Positions 24,850 to 37,001 of a DNA stretch of 64,000 bases are shown piece after piece. This stretch comes from Raillietiella orientalis. Lineage: Eukaryota. The position numbers and the translations under genes are program-made. Within the stretch, counting starts at the first letter, position 1, and the number at the start of each line of letters is the position of its first letter. The notes beneath the pieces are model-generated. The model did no database searches. It worked only from the letters and a program-made list of their open reading frames with translations, and was not told the DNA's origin. The stretch is from positions 1,798,001 to 1,862,000 of the forward strand of contig JAYWIR010000024.1 of the NCBI GenBank assembly GCA_036172245.1, read 5' to 3'.

Positions 24850-25197
24850 TGTGAAACAGTTTCGAAAATTCGAAAATGTTTCGATTTGTGCGTTCGCGTT
24901 TGTGCTCCCTGTGTCGATTTCTGTGTTCTCACCTCGAGGACCCAGCTGTTTTTTTTCCCTAGAACGACGACAGGACAAACATTTCCTTTCGCGCATCTTT
25001 CGGTCAAGTAGCAGATAAGAGTTTCGAGCAATTGCGTTGAAAATGATGTTGCGTGAGAAAGGTACGGAGGATTTCTGTATTGAAATTGTAAGGGTATAGG
25101 TTCCTCCCGAAGAAGCTTGCGATGGCGGAAAGCATATTCGGTTTGGAAATGGGAACATATCAAAACGTACTTATGTCTCGCCAATCGCCCTGTAAGT
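24850..25197 (+). promoter_or_regulatory. Candidate promoter/first exon of lin-10 with splice donor at 25192
   Basis: Locally CpG-rich block ending in a consensus GTAAGT donor, followed by an abrupt switch to AT-rich, CpG-poor, ORF-poor DNA leading to the 28862 acceptor. Confidence 0.35.
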
Positions 25198-28100
25198 ATT
25201 GAGGTTCAAACGATTGATGCTTTGGCACAAGTTGTGTGTGTTCTAAAAGGCAAACCAGCAAACAGGAAGTACATTAGTAATAGGAGTGATAGAAACTTTA
25301 TTCAGTTGCCTTGTTATAATGCAAACAGTTTACACTGTTTGGAAATGTCCAAGTGACAGTTGGTTACATATGTTAAATGCATGAGTTGTTGGATCACTTT
25401 AAATTAAGGTATGATTGCCCATACCGTCAAATAATTTTCTATAGTTTTAAAACATTCCGTGGTTTTTATTATTGAATTTTGAACGTCAGTAATAAGTTTT
25501 ATGGGTTTTTGCCTGCATTGGATGGAAATGTAGGCAGGTGGGCAAGAAACATTGTGTTCTGCCTTCCATTGATTAGAAGACACATATGTCACCAAACTTA
25601 TGCATACAGGTTCGTTTTTAGTTCCAGCTTGGAAGTTATTTCTATTTTACATCAAGAGACTTTTTTGATACAAGCAAGAATTTTCAGATTTTTTCTTTAT
25701 TTTTATTGATTATTTGCCTGTCTACCCTTATTTATGTTCCCAAATTTGACAATGATTTGTTTACTATGTGCTATAGGGCATAATGTTCTGAATAAATAGT
25801 TCTGAATAGTTTATTTCTCAGCATTTATCTACTTGTTATTAATGTAAATAGTGCTGCATGCATAATTACTCATGAGTGCACAGAACTTTGCCACATCTGG
25901 ATTATATGGTTCATTCATTTTATATGGTTTTAGAAACATTGTTTTTCTATGATATTAACGTCATTTATTACACATTTGAAATTCACTTTGCATGCTGTTG
26001 TGCGGATTTGGTGTGAATACAATGCAATCAAGTAAGTTCATGTGTGAAAATATCAGTATTTTGGATCATGATTGAAATCATGCACATCAATGGTTTTCAT
26101 CGTTCTTGTCAAAGTAAATAGCAGTTTATGCCGCAATCCCAGTAAAAGGAGTTTATGAGAATTTAATTTTCATGAGTAATGTTATTTGTTGTGGTTTCAT
26201 TGCAGTTTTCGTTTGTTAGTGCCAATTTGTTTATTGAGATTCTATTAGCTAATTTTATTTTTATAGTCAAGTTAATTCATCATTTAAGTTGAGCAAAATG
26301 TTATTTGCTCCATTAGTTTCTTTTTTACTCTAAAGTAAATGACTATGTGGTTTTGTGTGCACTTATTCTGTGTGATCAATATGATAAGTACTTCCTTTCA
26401 TGTAATGCAATGTCCCTGTAAAGTTGCACAGTCAGTAAATTTATTTGAGCACTTAATTGGGAAATAAATTGCCGGATTTCTGTTTGAAACGGATTCTTGA
26501 AACCGTCCCATTTATATTTGAAAAAAAGCAAAGTGGGAAGCATACATATTTATCTGTGTACACATAATAGGTATAAAGTAAAAACCAAAATTGCATCTAA
26601 TAACTTTGTTTATCTCAGTTTAGGTGGGATTTCTTTTGTCTCAGGTTGAAGTTCACTATTGTAGTTGTTTGATCATCCCTCCTAATTAGCTTCAAGACTG
26701 TCGAATAACATACTTAGGAAGCGTTTCTGGGAAATTGATTGTGCCTTCCTTTAAATATGTTGTGCACATACAGTGTAAGGGCACTTATTCAAAAAAGAAT
26801 TTTTTTAATGATCTTCCTGAAAACAGTCTAATTGTAAATTTAACTGCGATAAGCTGAAGCTTGCTATTATATGTAGTATGCTATTACTTGAGACTCCACA
26901 TTTCCTGTCTATTTCCTAGTTAATGTCTGAAGTTTATATTGAGTAAGAGATTCAAAAATTGCTTTGCATGAAAGTTGATTGGTACATATGAATGTTTGTT
27001 TTTATGTTCTTGACTCCATATAAGCAGTGGATTGAAGTGCCTATTAGAAATGATTTGCCCTTCAAAAGCAAAAGAAACTTAAAACTGAAATTTCAGATAT
27101 CTGATAGAGTCTACAGAATCTCTAAATTTCTCTATTAAAAAGAGTGTTTCCTATTAAAAAGCTGGCTTAGCTACAGCATTTGTGTATTACTTTAATGCTT
27201 CATTGGATTAACATATTGCATTTTCATTTATGCTGTTTTTTTTTTTTTTTTCAAAAATAAAGTTTGTGAATTTTCAAAAATAAATTTAAGCATTTAGGAT
27301 GAGGTATAGGAAAGACATCAGACATGTGGACGTTTCTGTTTCCTTAATTAAAGGAAGCACTGAATAGATATCCACTGATTAGTAATGCTCTCGTTTTGGT
27401 TTATTTGTTTGGCAGTCAAAGCTGTATCTTATGTGCTAGCATATGCCTTCTTTATAGGACAAGGGTTTTTGGACACAACTGAATACGTGTTGTGTTTTTA
27501 TTATTCGTGAAACACTTCATTTTTTTGAGTGCGAAACGAACGATGTTTTCCTCGATTCTAAAAGTAAAAAAAAGAAAAAAAAAAAAAAACTGGAACCGGA
27601 GCATAAATCAATATAATGTTTTTCGTGAACACGTGCATTTGTTTGTTTTTTTGAATTCTTCTTGTACACGGCATTTTTTCGACATTTGACAAATAAGTGT
27701 TCATGGCAAGACTATGCTTTCTCTTCTGAACAGCATTGCTTAAGTCCATTCTTGGAATTTGCATTTTTTTTTAGAGACCGTTGGCTAAGGATGCTGCATT
27801 GAGTTAATGAAGGAAGCTGTTCAGACTCTATATTTATACTTGTCGTTTTTTCTTTTCTTTTAATTCTGGTTTGGTATTTTTGTAATGGTTTCATCACGGT
27901 CTTTCACTTAAGTGTGCTTGCCTTTTGTTAGTGTGTATGTAGCACCTTCATTATTTATTTCTATTACTGGTTGATGATTCATAACAAATAATAAAGCAGT
28001 GTTTCAAGATCAAGTTTAGAGCCATTTCTCTTTTTCCCCGCTGATAAAGTGCACCAGTGAACTGGTGATCATGGTCCCCATAATTTGGTTTGTGGGGTAG

Positions 28101-28977
28101 GTAATTTTTTCCGTTAACTATCAATCAGTAGCACGAGTAGTTATTTATCATTTCGTTTGTTGTTCCTGACCCCGCCTACGTCCAGTGTTACGGTTGTGTT
28201 GGGCCTTCCAAATGTGCCCCAGTGGTTTTGCCTCTGTGAGTTTGAGTGCTCGCGCCTTTTGAATCGGCGGTGCCTATTCGCATCTTCAGAAATTGAAATT
28301 TCGTGTTTTGTCCAGTTTCTGAATGTCTTCTGTGGATTAAGGGGTAGCTATTCTGCCTAGAAAGTGCTGCATGCTATGGGTATGTCGTTTTTCCAAGCAT
28401 ATTTTGCAGCAAGCGCTTATGGAAGCTACAGAGGTTGAATTCTCAAGATTAACTAGAGCATGCTTATCTCCAGAACTTCTTGCATCGAGGATTGATCATT
28501 AAGTGCATGCGGTAATTTATCTAGAAGCATAATGAGCAAGGCATGAATTCCTTTTGAATGGGAAATTGCATTCCTTACAGTGTCATTAATATTCATGCAG
28601 TATCCTTATAATCTGTTGGAATGTTACTGTATTGAGCTGTTGTGGACCCGTTGATTGCTTTTTTGAGAAAAACTACTTAAAACTTGAACTGGTGTTTCCA
28701 TATCGTATACCCTACCAACATGGCAAGGGTTGATCTTGAACTGAATCATTATAAAATTCAAAAACGAAAATCTTATTTCGGTCACAGTGTTTGTGTCAAA
28801 GGATTTGTATCTGTGTTCTTTTGGGAACATCCACTAATCTAAGATTTTTTTTTCTCTTCCAGAGATTTTTAAATGTTTTTGAAAGTTTTTGATCGAGCAG
28901 ATTCTCGATGCATCTTTAGAAACACAAGTTGTTTCACTGTATTGTGCTATTTGGATGAAGATTCATGCTGACAGTAT

Positions 28978-30868
28978 ATGGGAGTCATGTCAGAAGATTT
29001 GTCGAATGAGACTGACAACCTAAACGAACTTTTTCCACGCTGTAAGCTGATAACGCGAAAGACAGAATATTTGCAAAAAGCGAAGAATCCTACAGAGTCG
29101 GTCTTGGAAGCACTGTGTGAACAGACGCACTTCAGAATCTGTGATGATGGTGATCGTAATCAGACTGATAGCAGCGAGTCGATATCATCGAATGCGAATT
29201 TTCAAAACTGCATCTCAGACAGCTCTCCTGTATTTCAAAAAGTGATTTGTAGAAATAAGGCTAAAGCGTTTCGAACTGAAAGCAAAGAAAATGCTGACGG
29301 TGAAGCGAATATGTCTGAAAATGCACGCAAACCTTGGAGGAAAAGTTGTGACGATTCACTGTTCTCCCTCCGTTCCATAGATGTAATCGAAAATACCTGC
29401 CGCACCTTTGATAACGCTTCCAATCAGAATGGTGAGCTCTGCGGTTACGACTCGGATCCTCGGCTGCAAGAGGAATACTCAGTCCGAAAAAAGCTGAATA
29501 GGCTTGGTCTTCCTCACAACGAAAATGGGGTTGTTTCGGCCAACTACCCTTCTCACCGCGGTGTTGTGCCCTGCTCCACAGAAAATCCGAAAAGCACTCC
29601 AAAGTCATATAGGGAAACCGTATTCGGAAAGGAAGTGTTTTCGTACATCCAGCTTCTTCCTCAGTCCGAAAGCAGCGGTAGCTCTGAGGTTGTGTTCGAT
29701 GACATCAGCAGCATTTCTGGAAGATTCGCTTCTCGCGTTTTCAAGAAAGTGTGTGATTCCTGTGCTGGAACAGATTCGGATTTATCGGATGGTGGATCTG
29801 GCATCGGTGAACTCGCGACGAACTCTTGCTCATCTCTCACCACTTCAAGGAAATCGGAATCCTCGGAGTCGCAGAGTAAACTCGAAGTGTCTTGTTGCGA
29901 AACTGATGTGCGTTTTTCTGGAGACTCCAAGCAATCGTGTGCCATTGACCCTATTCAAATAGCTCAGTACGATGGTTCTCCCAAACGTTATAAGCCCAGG
30001 ATCCGACACGCGGAAAGTAGCCACAATTTTCCTATTTTAACAGTACTCTCTCACGATTCTTCTTCATGGGAAGATCCGACAAATCAGGATGGCGAAGAAC
30101 AAACAGCCGAAGTTGTTGGGCAGCTGCTACATGAACAACAGTCACGGCTGTCGCCACAGTGTGAGCATTCTGCGGAAGCAAACGGTTCCAGAAAATCAGG
30201 GTGCAAAGTGTTCGGTGGAATGGGAGACTCTTACATAGGGAAAAGACTAGCCGAAGTTAAGGATAACGGAAATCAGGTCCACTTAATCGCGGGCAAGAAC
30301 AGTGGGCCCGAATCCCACGTGCACCGCTCTTTACCCAGCAGTTCTTCGAAGGAATTCGTGTGCCATTGTCAGGACTTTCCTCATAAGCCATCTTCCAGAG
30401 AACTCGGTGGTAATAACCTAAGTACCAGTGGGGTAAAAAAATCAGTATTCACTGCAGATCTCACATCTTCACCGGAAATCACGAGCTCTCGTCCAGAAGT
30501 GGAAAATGAATCTTCAGCTGGAGACATTACTGATGAAAATGTGATACTCAACAGCTTCCCGGTTTTGGAAGATGGCTTATCTTCCGGAAACGATGAAAGC
30601 GATAACGAAAATTCATCCCTGAATTCCACGAATACAATCGAAATCTTTCTTAAGAGACAAATAAAAGAAATTGAGCAAATTTCCAAAAATTCGAAAGCCT
30701 GTGTAGACATGCTGCCCAGCTCAAGTCTTTGTGTTTCGTCGTCTCCGCCGGTGGCTCGTTCTCCAGAAAAACACTATCTGTGTCTGAAGGAGGTTAAAGA
30801 TTTTCTGAGCAAAAACGCTGTTGTGCTGCAAGATTTTGAACAAGAACTGAGTAGTCTCGACCCCTCAG
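28978..30868 (+). CDS. lin-10: lin-10 large N-terminal coding exon (Ser/Glu-rich, probably disordered)
   Basis: 651-codon ORF in AT-rich DNA; polypyrimidine/AG acceptor at 28861-62; donor CAG|GTAAGG at 30869 in phase 1; contains [11 protein letters not shown], resembling a motif I recall from invertebrate X11-like proteins. Confidence 0.8.
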
Positions 30869-33800
30869 GTAAGGTAGCTTCTCTTGCTCATGATGTTTGT
30901 AGAGCGCAGCCTCTTGATTCATTTCCATCTTGAGACGATTCGGATTGAAACTTAAAACTAAAAAAAAAAAAAAATTTGATCTTCGAAAAAGTCTCTCATT
31001 TGATCGACCCGTTTTCTACAAACGTGCTTTGGCTATGTGAAAATCATATTTTTATTTTTATTTTTTTTCCAAAAGGATCCATTAGAAGCATTCCTCTGCC
31101 AATGTTTAATCCGCATCAGATCCGTCTCAGAATTCTTTTTTTTTTCTTGTTTTTTCCCGACTGTTGGCCGTTGCACACTCGAGTTTTAGCTGAATGTAAA
31201 GTGTATGGGCGCATCTGAAAACGCATCAGTTTCCCTTGGTCAACTCGATGCTTTATCAAATGCCCTGAGAACCAGGATTGATGGATAGCTTATCAGACAG
31301 TCAAGTCGTTCATCATTTAACCCTGCCGTGTCCCATAAGTGAGCAACTCTCATGATTTGTTAAAAGAGGAACATTGCAATCCGTTTGAATTTGCCGTGAT
31401 TGAGCATGAAGAATTATTTTATAATTTGTGCATGTTGTTGAGTATTGTAAAAGAGTTTGTAAATGATAGGTTTTTTTTTATATGTATATATATAGAGAAT
31501 TCAGCTCTGTCGTGTCACCCACATGAAAACGAAGTAATGAGGAGTTCTAATGGTAACATTGATGAGATACTCAGTGATATAAAATCCGCTATCAGAAGGT
31601 CTAATTCTTTAAAAGTAAAATCTCTTTCAACTTCTTCTTCGCTGTCGGGATCTTCAGATATTTGGATTCCAAGGTTGGAAAGCTATTTAATTTCAAAATA
31701 TTCTTTTTTAAAAGAGAATCATGTTTCTTAAGTTTTACTTGATTACTCTTCAATTTTTGGCTTGTTTTCAAGTAAAAAGCCATCTTAGCAAAATTTAACG
31801 TTCAGACTACTTCTGTATGGCTTTTCAGTTTCCTTCGCCCTCACGAATGAATTTTTTTTTTTTTTTTTTTCCAACTCGTTGGTTAACTTTTCAGGAACAA
31901 GACGGATCGGTCCAAACTTATAGATTTGATCCGAAATGCGGAATTCCCATCGAACGAAGATTTGGAAGTGAAGCATAATGGAGACGATGTGGAAGGTAAT
32001 CCTGTTCCCATCCCGTATGCCACCCCAGCAGCAGTGTGTGTGTGTGTGTGTGTGTGTGTTTTTAACACCGTGATATTTCAGAAAGCCTTATCTGTAATCA
32101 TATTTATGTAATCTCATGATCACATTGGAAAAAAAAAAACAGACTTGAATGCAAGTACGTTTGAGTCGTTCAGGTGACTGCTGGAGATCGAATGGTTCTA
32201 TAATATATATATATATGTATATAATTGAGTAAGAACTTGTAGTAAGTTGCATCTCGTAATGCACCCTATAAGTGTGGTGATCATCCCGTACTTATGCATT
32301 GCTTGTTTAGGATTCATGTAATTAAAACCTGGTGAACCGGATCGGCTACTGTTACTTGAAAATCAGAATGACCAAAAGCGAAATTACGAAATGGTCACCT
32401 GCACCTCCTCCTCCTACTGTACGAAATAATCCTCTCGAGGATAGCCAAAACGTGCCTGCAAATAGGGAATTTTCTTATTATCCAGAACGCTGTCAGCAGA
32501 GTACACCGCACACGAGTGTTTCGTGTACGGAGTGCATCTGGTTCGCAGTTTCTCACGGCGCTTTTCAAATCACTTTCTTGTACTCTCTTCTTCCTTGTTT
32601 TGACACGATCTTCAAGCCCTCCGGGAGACAGCCAGGTACACACCTTGCAGCAGTGATGATGATTCCAAGAACCGAAAGGCCAGGGAAGAACAGTCGGTAG
32701 CATTCGCTCCAAACAGCAGTTCTCTTTATGTGAAAGTTATCGAATGGGCATGCAAGAGTTGTTGTTTTTTTTTTTTTTTTTTTCGTTTTCATGCGATTTA
32801 TTAAAGATAATAGAATTGTTTTGCTTTTTTTGTTTTTTCCTTTTATACGGCTGCAATAAAGGTAATGCGAGTGGTGATGAAATTATTTTAGTGCGGCATA
32901 AACCAACATCGGAAACCATGCAGTCGGTTGATGACTGTTGAGCTGGGCTCATCTCAGTTGTGGGAATGAATTATTCCCATTTGTGTGAGCCCTTCCTGCC
33001 TTGTAAAAGGGGAGTCGGATCTGCAGAGTTTTCCCGTATGCAAACACATATTTTCGTTTTTCTTTTTTTGGTTTTACGGCGTCATGGCGTCGTCGCCGGC
33101 TTTATAGAACTTTTCCAGATTGACGAATTCATAACCGATACGTAACATATATTTAAGTACATTGCGCTGCTCTTGGAACCGAAATTCGACCCATTTCTCA
33201 ATACAGCTTTTTGGAGTTTAATGGGTTTGGCCAGCGACTTCTACGTGCATACCCTCTTTCAGCCATCAGCCAGCGGTATTCTTATAACCCCGCGTGCTTC
33301 AAGTTGCATCCCAGAAAAGTACCAAAATTCATTCGTGTAGTGTGTCGGTAAACCGTGTTGCTTACGCAGTGCATATTCCGTTTCGTGGAATGCAAGAAAA
33401 ATGGATATCGGAGTAATGTTTTTGGCGACGGAATCGTTCCAAACACTTCCTTTGGCCTTCGTTAACGTTTCCGTGCTTTCTCCGACTCGGTCGTCCTCGC
33501 TGAAACTCTTGGGCGGCGGGCACGTGGTCTGCTTGTTGCTCATTTTCGTGCTCTCGGATTTAAAATGACCAGTGGTACTGTTTTCGAGTCTTTGATTCAT
33601 CGGTTTCCTACTGATTCTGATTTGATTTACGGCTTTCTCCCCCCCCCCCCCCCTACCCTCACATTTCAAGTTTGCGTCAAACCGATGCCGCAGAGGCTGT
33701 GGGTTCCTTTTTCATGTCATCTGCGATTCTTGGTATAATTTTCAGTTTACGGTACGACGTCAAAGAAGGTAAAAACGGTTGATTTCATAGATGATGATGG

Positions 33801-36800
33801 CATTTCACTTGATGTGGTGGGTAGCGTTGTTATAGTAAAAGAATACTCAGGATTGCTTGTCGTGGTGCCGTAATACTTTTGGAGTTTCCCATTTCTGGCA
33901 TTTGAGAAAAGTTATCCAGAGTCAACAGTTTCGTTGATGCAAGATAAAGAGCTCTTTCCTGTTTCGCTAGGAACATACGAATGCATTCGCGCGATATTGT
34001 TTTTGAGGGTCGGCCTCACGTGACCTTGCACATTTGAACCGAAAACGTGGGATCCCCTCAGATGATTTTGTGTGTGTTTTTTGTTGATGTTGGGGAAGAT
34101 TCCATTTGATGAAAATTTCATCACTTGCTCAGCTAACGATTATCTATACTTTACGATCATCTGGCCACAAAATCCAGTGAGAAGACTTTGAATGCTTCAT
34201 CTTTAGTAAATGCACTTCAGCTCGTGCCTAGCTTCAGCAATTTCCATCTTTTCAAGAACACGAAACGTATCGGTCTACGTGTTGGTCATATGAACTGGTG
34301 TTTCCAAACAGTGTGTTTACACAAGCTGTGAAACTTTGAACAAAAAGTCTCGGAAGTTGTCTGAAACTTTTTAGTGGTTTCTCTTGAAGAACTTCATTAA
34401 TTACAAACTTCTTTTCGACAAACCGTTTAGGTTCGCGTGTGCCAATTTCTCAATGATCGTGTCGCATTATTAATAATCATTGTCCAACTTTTATTTTCAA
34501 ATAGTTTGAAAAGAAAAATAATCCATTTGGAGACCACTGACTGTTACGTGTCCTACATACATTAAAGGGGAAATGCAAGATCCAAAAACTACGTTAAAAA
34601 ATAGTACCTGAATCGAAGTGTCCTCATGCTTCTTCGCATTTCATGAAAGAGTGTACCAATTAACTGAGAATTAAGGCTTTTCATATTATGGGATGTCTTG
34701 AAGTAAAAAAAAAAAAAAGTGCATCATAGCGAGGAAGCAATTTATTTGTTTGTTTTCATCACATTCCAAAAACAATTTTGCGAAAATTTTTAGTATTTTT
34801 TCATTTATAGTTTTCCTTCTTCAGACACTTAATTACCCCATGATCCTTTTGATGCCATCTAAGGAAGTATTTTGTGTTGTTCGTTAAGCCATTTCTTTGA
34901 TCTTTTAATTCTTTGAGATATGCCAGTCATGTGCGACCGAGTGCACGGGTTCTGTCATTTCGGCGAGGGTCGGAAAGGCGCCGACACGCCTGTTTCTTGA
35001 ACGAGAGCACGGACTTGACCAGGATCGCTTCCCTTTGGCTACTTAGACAGCGTCCGCCGGCCAGACCTCACTTTAGAAGGGGCCTCGTCTGCCGCTCCTA
35101 AACTCCTCACATTTCTCTGACTTGACCCACTTTTCCCTACATTGTATGGGCATTCTCCGAACCTGAGAGGGCTTCACCCCTCCTAGTCGCAAAAATTAAA
35201 TTGGAGCGCGTCTCTCATTAACAGTCCAGCTGGGGAAGCGAAACCGAGATGATGATGGCACCTTAACAGTGTAATGCAGGCTGAGTGCAAGCTGCTGATG
35301 AAACGCGTCTAGACACGATGGTGTAGCAGGCGAGATAACCTGGAGGAGACCTTTTGTGAGGTGTTACAGCTCCCCGAGTTCGACTGTACGAGTCGGCTAC
35401 AAGTAAAATGGAGAATCGGGTCGTAAACCTTTGAGTTCATAGAGATGGTAGCTTTTTTTGAAGAGTTTCTGGATACATTGCTAAATTCCAGTGTATGGGG
35501 ATGGATGGTGATTTGTCACTGAGCAGTGTTTTTCAAAATGTGTGCAAATTTTTTTTTTTTTTTTCTCTATGGATGTTGTCAAAGAACACCCTTTGATTAT
35601 GTACTACTCTTCCACTGCACAAACTGCACACATGTCGTGGCAACCAAATGTTGGTTGTTTTTGCCGTTGTGTTCAGTCCCAAGTTTTCCTGCTCTTCAAA
35701 TGATGCACATTTTTTTATTCGTGTACATCCTGCCAATTTCAATTTGCAAGCTTCGTTGAAAGCGACGAATCTATCTGAGGAGAGCAACAGATTCTCTCTT
35801 ATTTTCTTTGTGATGCACATACAGTGTTTTATACACATATATATAATCTACATATACGTATATCTGTTTAGACGACTTGGATACGGATCAAGAGACGGAT
35901 CGACTTCTGGGTCAGCAGAGAACTGATGACATCGGCTTTTATGATCTTAAGGTTCGTATACTCATTTCTTGCTGTACTTTGCAGTAGTTTCCGATTTCAT
36001 CCGTCAGATTTTAATTACATGCCTTTGATTTATGTATTTATATTCGAATTGCACATTAATGTTTGGAAGTTGTGTTCGTGTGTTTTTGAAAATCGCGTCC
36101 CAGCAACCGTCCCCATAACGCACCCTCCAGAGGCTCTACCGATGGGTCTCTGTAAGGCACAACCACGGTCGTCAGTTCGGTTTTGGATTCATAACTCGTT
36201 ATTTCGTGCATGGGTGAGTTAGTTGGCATTACTTCGCGCGTGTGTTTTTTGCCTACGCGTCTTTCGTCTTTCTGAAAGCCATTCCTTAGTTTGGGACATT
36301 CTATGTAAATTTGTTATCTATGGTTTGGCATGGAGTTGTACTTGGAACAGGTGTCTTTTTTATCTCACACACCTGCTCAGTACCATTTGGTGTTAGCCAT
36401 GCGAAGCTACTTGCAGTCGACGCGATGCACTAACCGAAGAAGTATATGGTCCTTTTCTCGTGGTATGGGAAAACCTCTGATCATTTCCTTGTGTGTTGGA
36501 ACACAGTGTTCGAAAAGTGCGACCTCATCTGTCAGCGCGTGCTTCTGGAGGAATGCAAGAGCCATGTGAAAATTTCAATGGCACGTATCGCCCTTGTGTT
36601 CAAATTGTGTCTTCCTCGGCGCTCCTGGGCGCCAAAACCGTTTCCGTGTTGATTTCGTGTCTTGGTGCAAAGAACCCTTGTCGAGTTGTACATGATTTTG
36701 ATGGTACAGCGAGCTGTCGACCGTGTCAGTTTAGAAAATGTTCCCGAAATGTTTGGTCATCCAGCACGAATATTTGCAATTTTTTTTTTTTAATGTCCTC

Positions 36801-36963
36801 ATAAGTCTTGGCTTCGCATTCGGTTCATTCTTCCGAGGGGGTAAACTAAATCAAAGATAGTTTGTAAGGTAATTATTTTTATTGGATTTAAAATGACCTC
36901 CTGGTAAAATTTTACCAAAACGCCGTTTCACCTTGCTTGTGCCTCGAATGTACATGGCAAACG

Positions 36964-37001
<38 letters not shown>

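Noticed and set aside
32332..32700. Additional lin-10 exon ([14 protein letters not shown])
   Set aside because: No acceptor in the required phase 1 gives an open frame, and the model is complete without it.
34920..35430. APE C-terminal relic in a lin-10 intron
   Set aside because: Only faint motif echoes (FSD, WSASLI); too weak to list as a feature.
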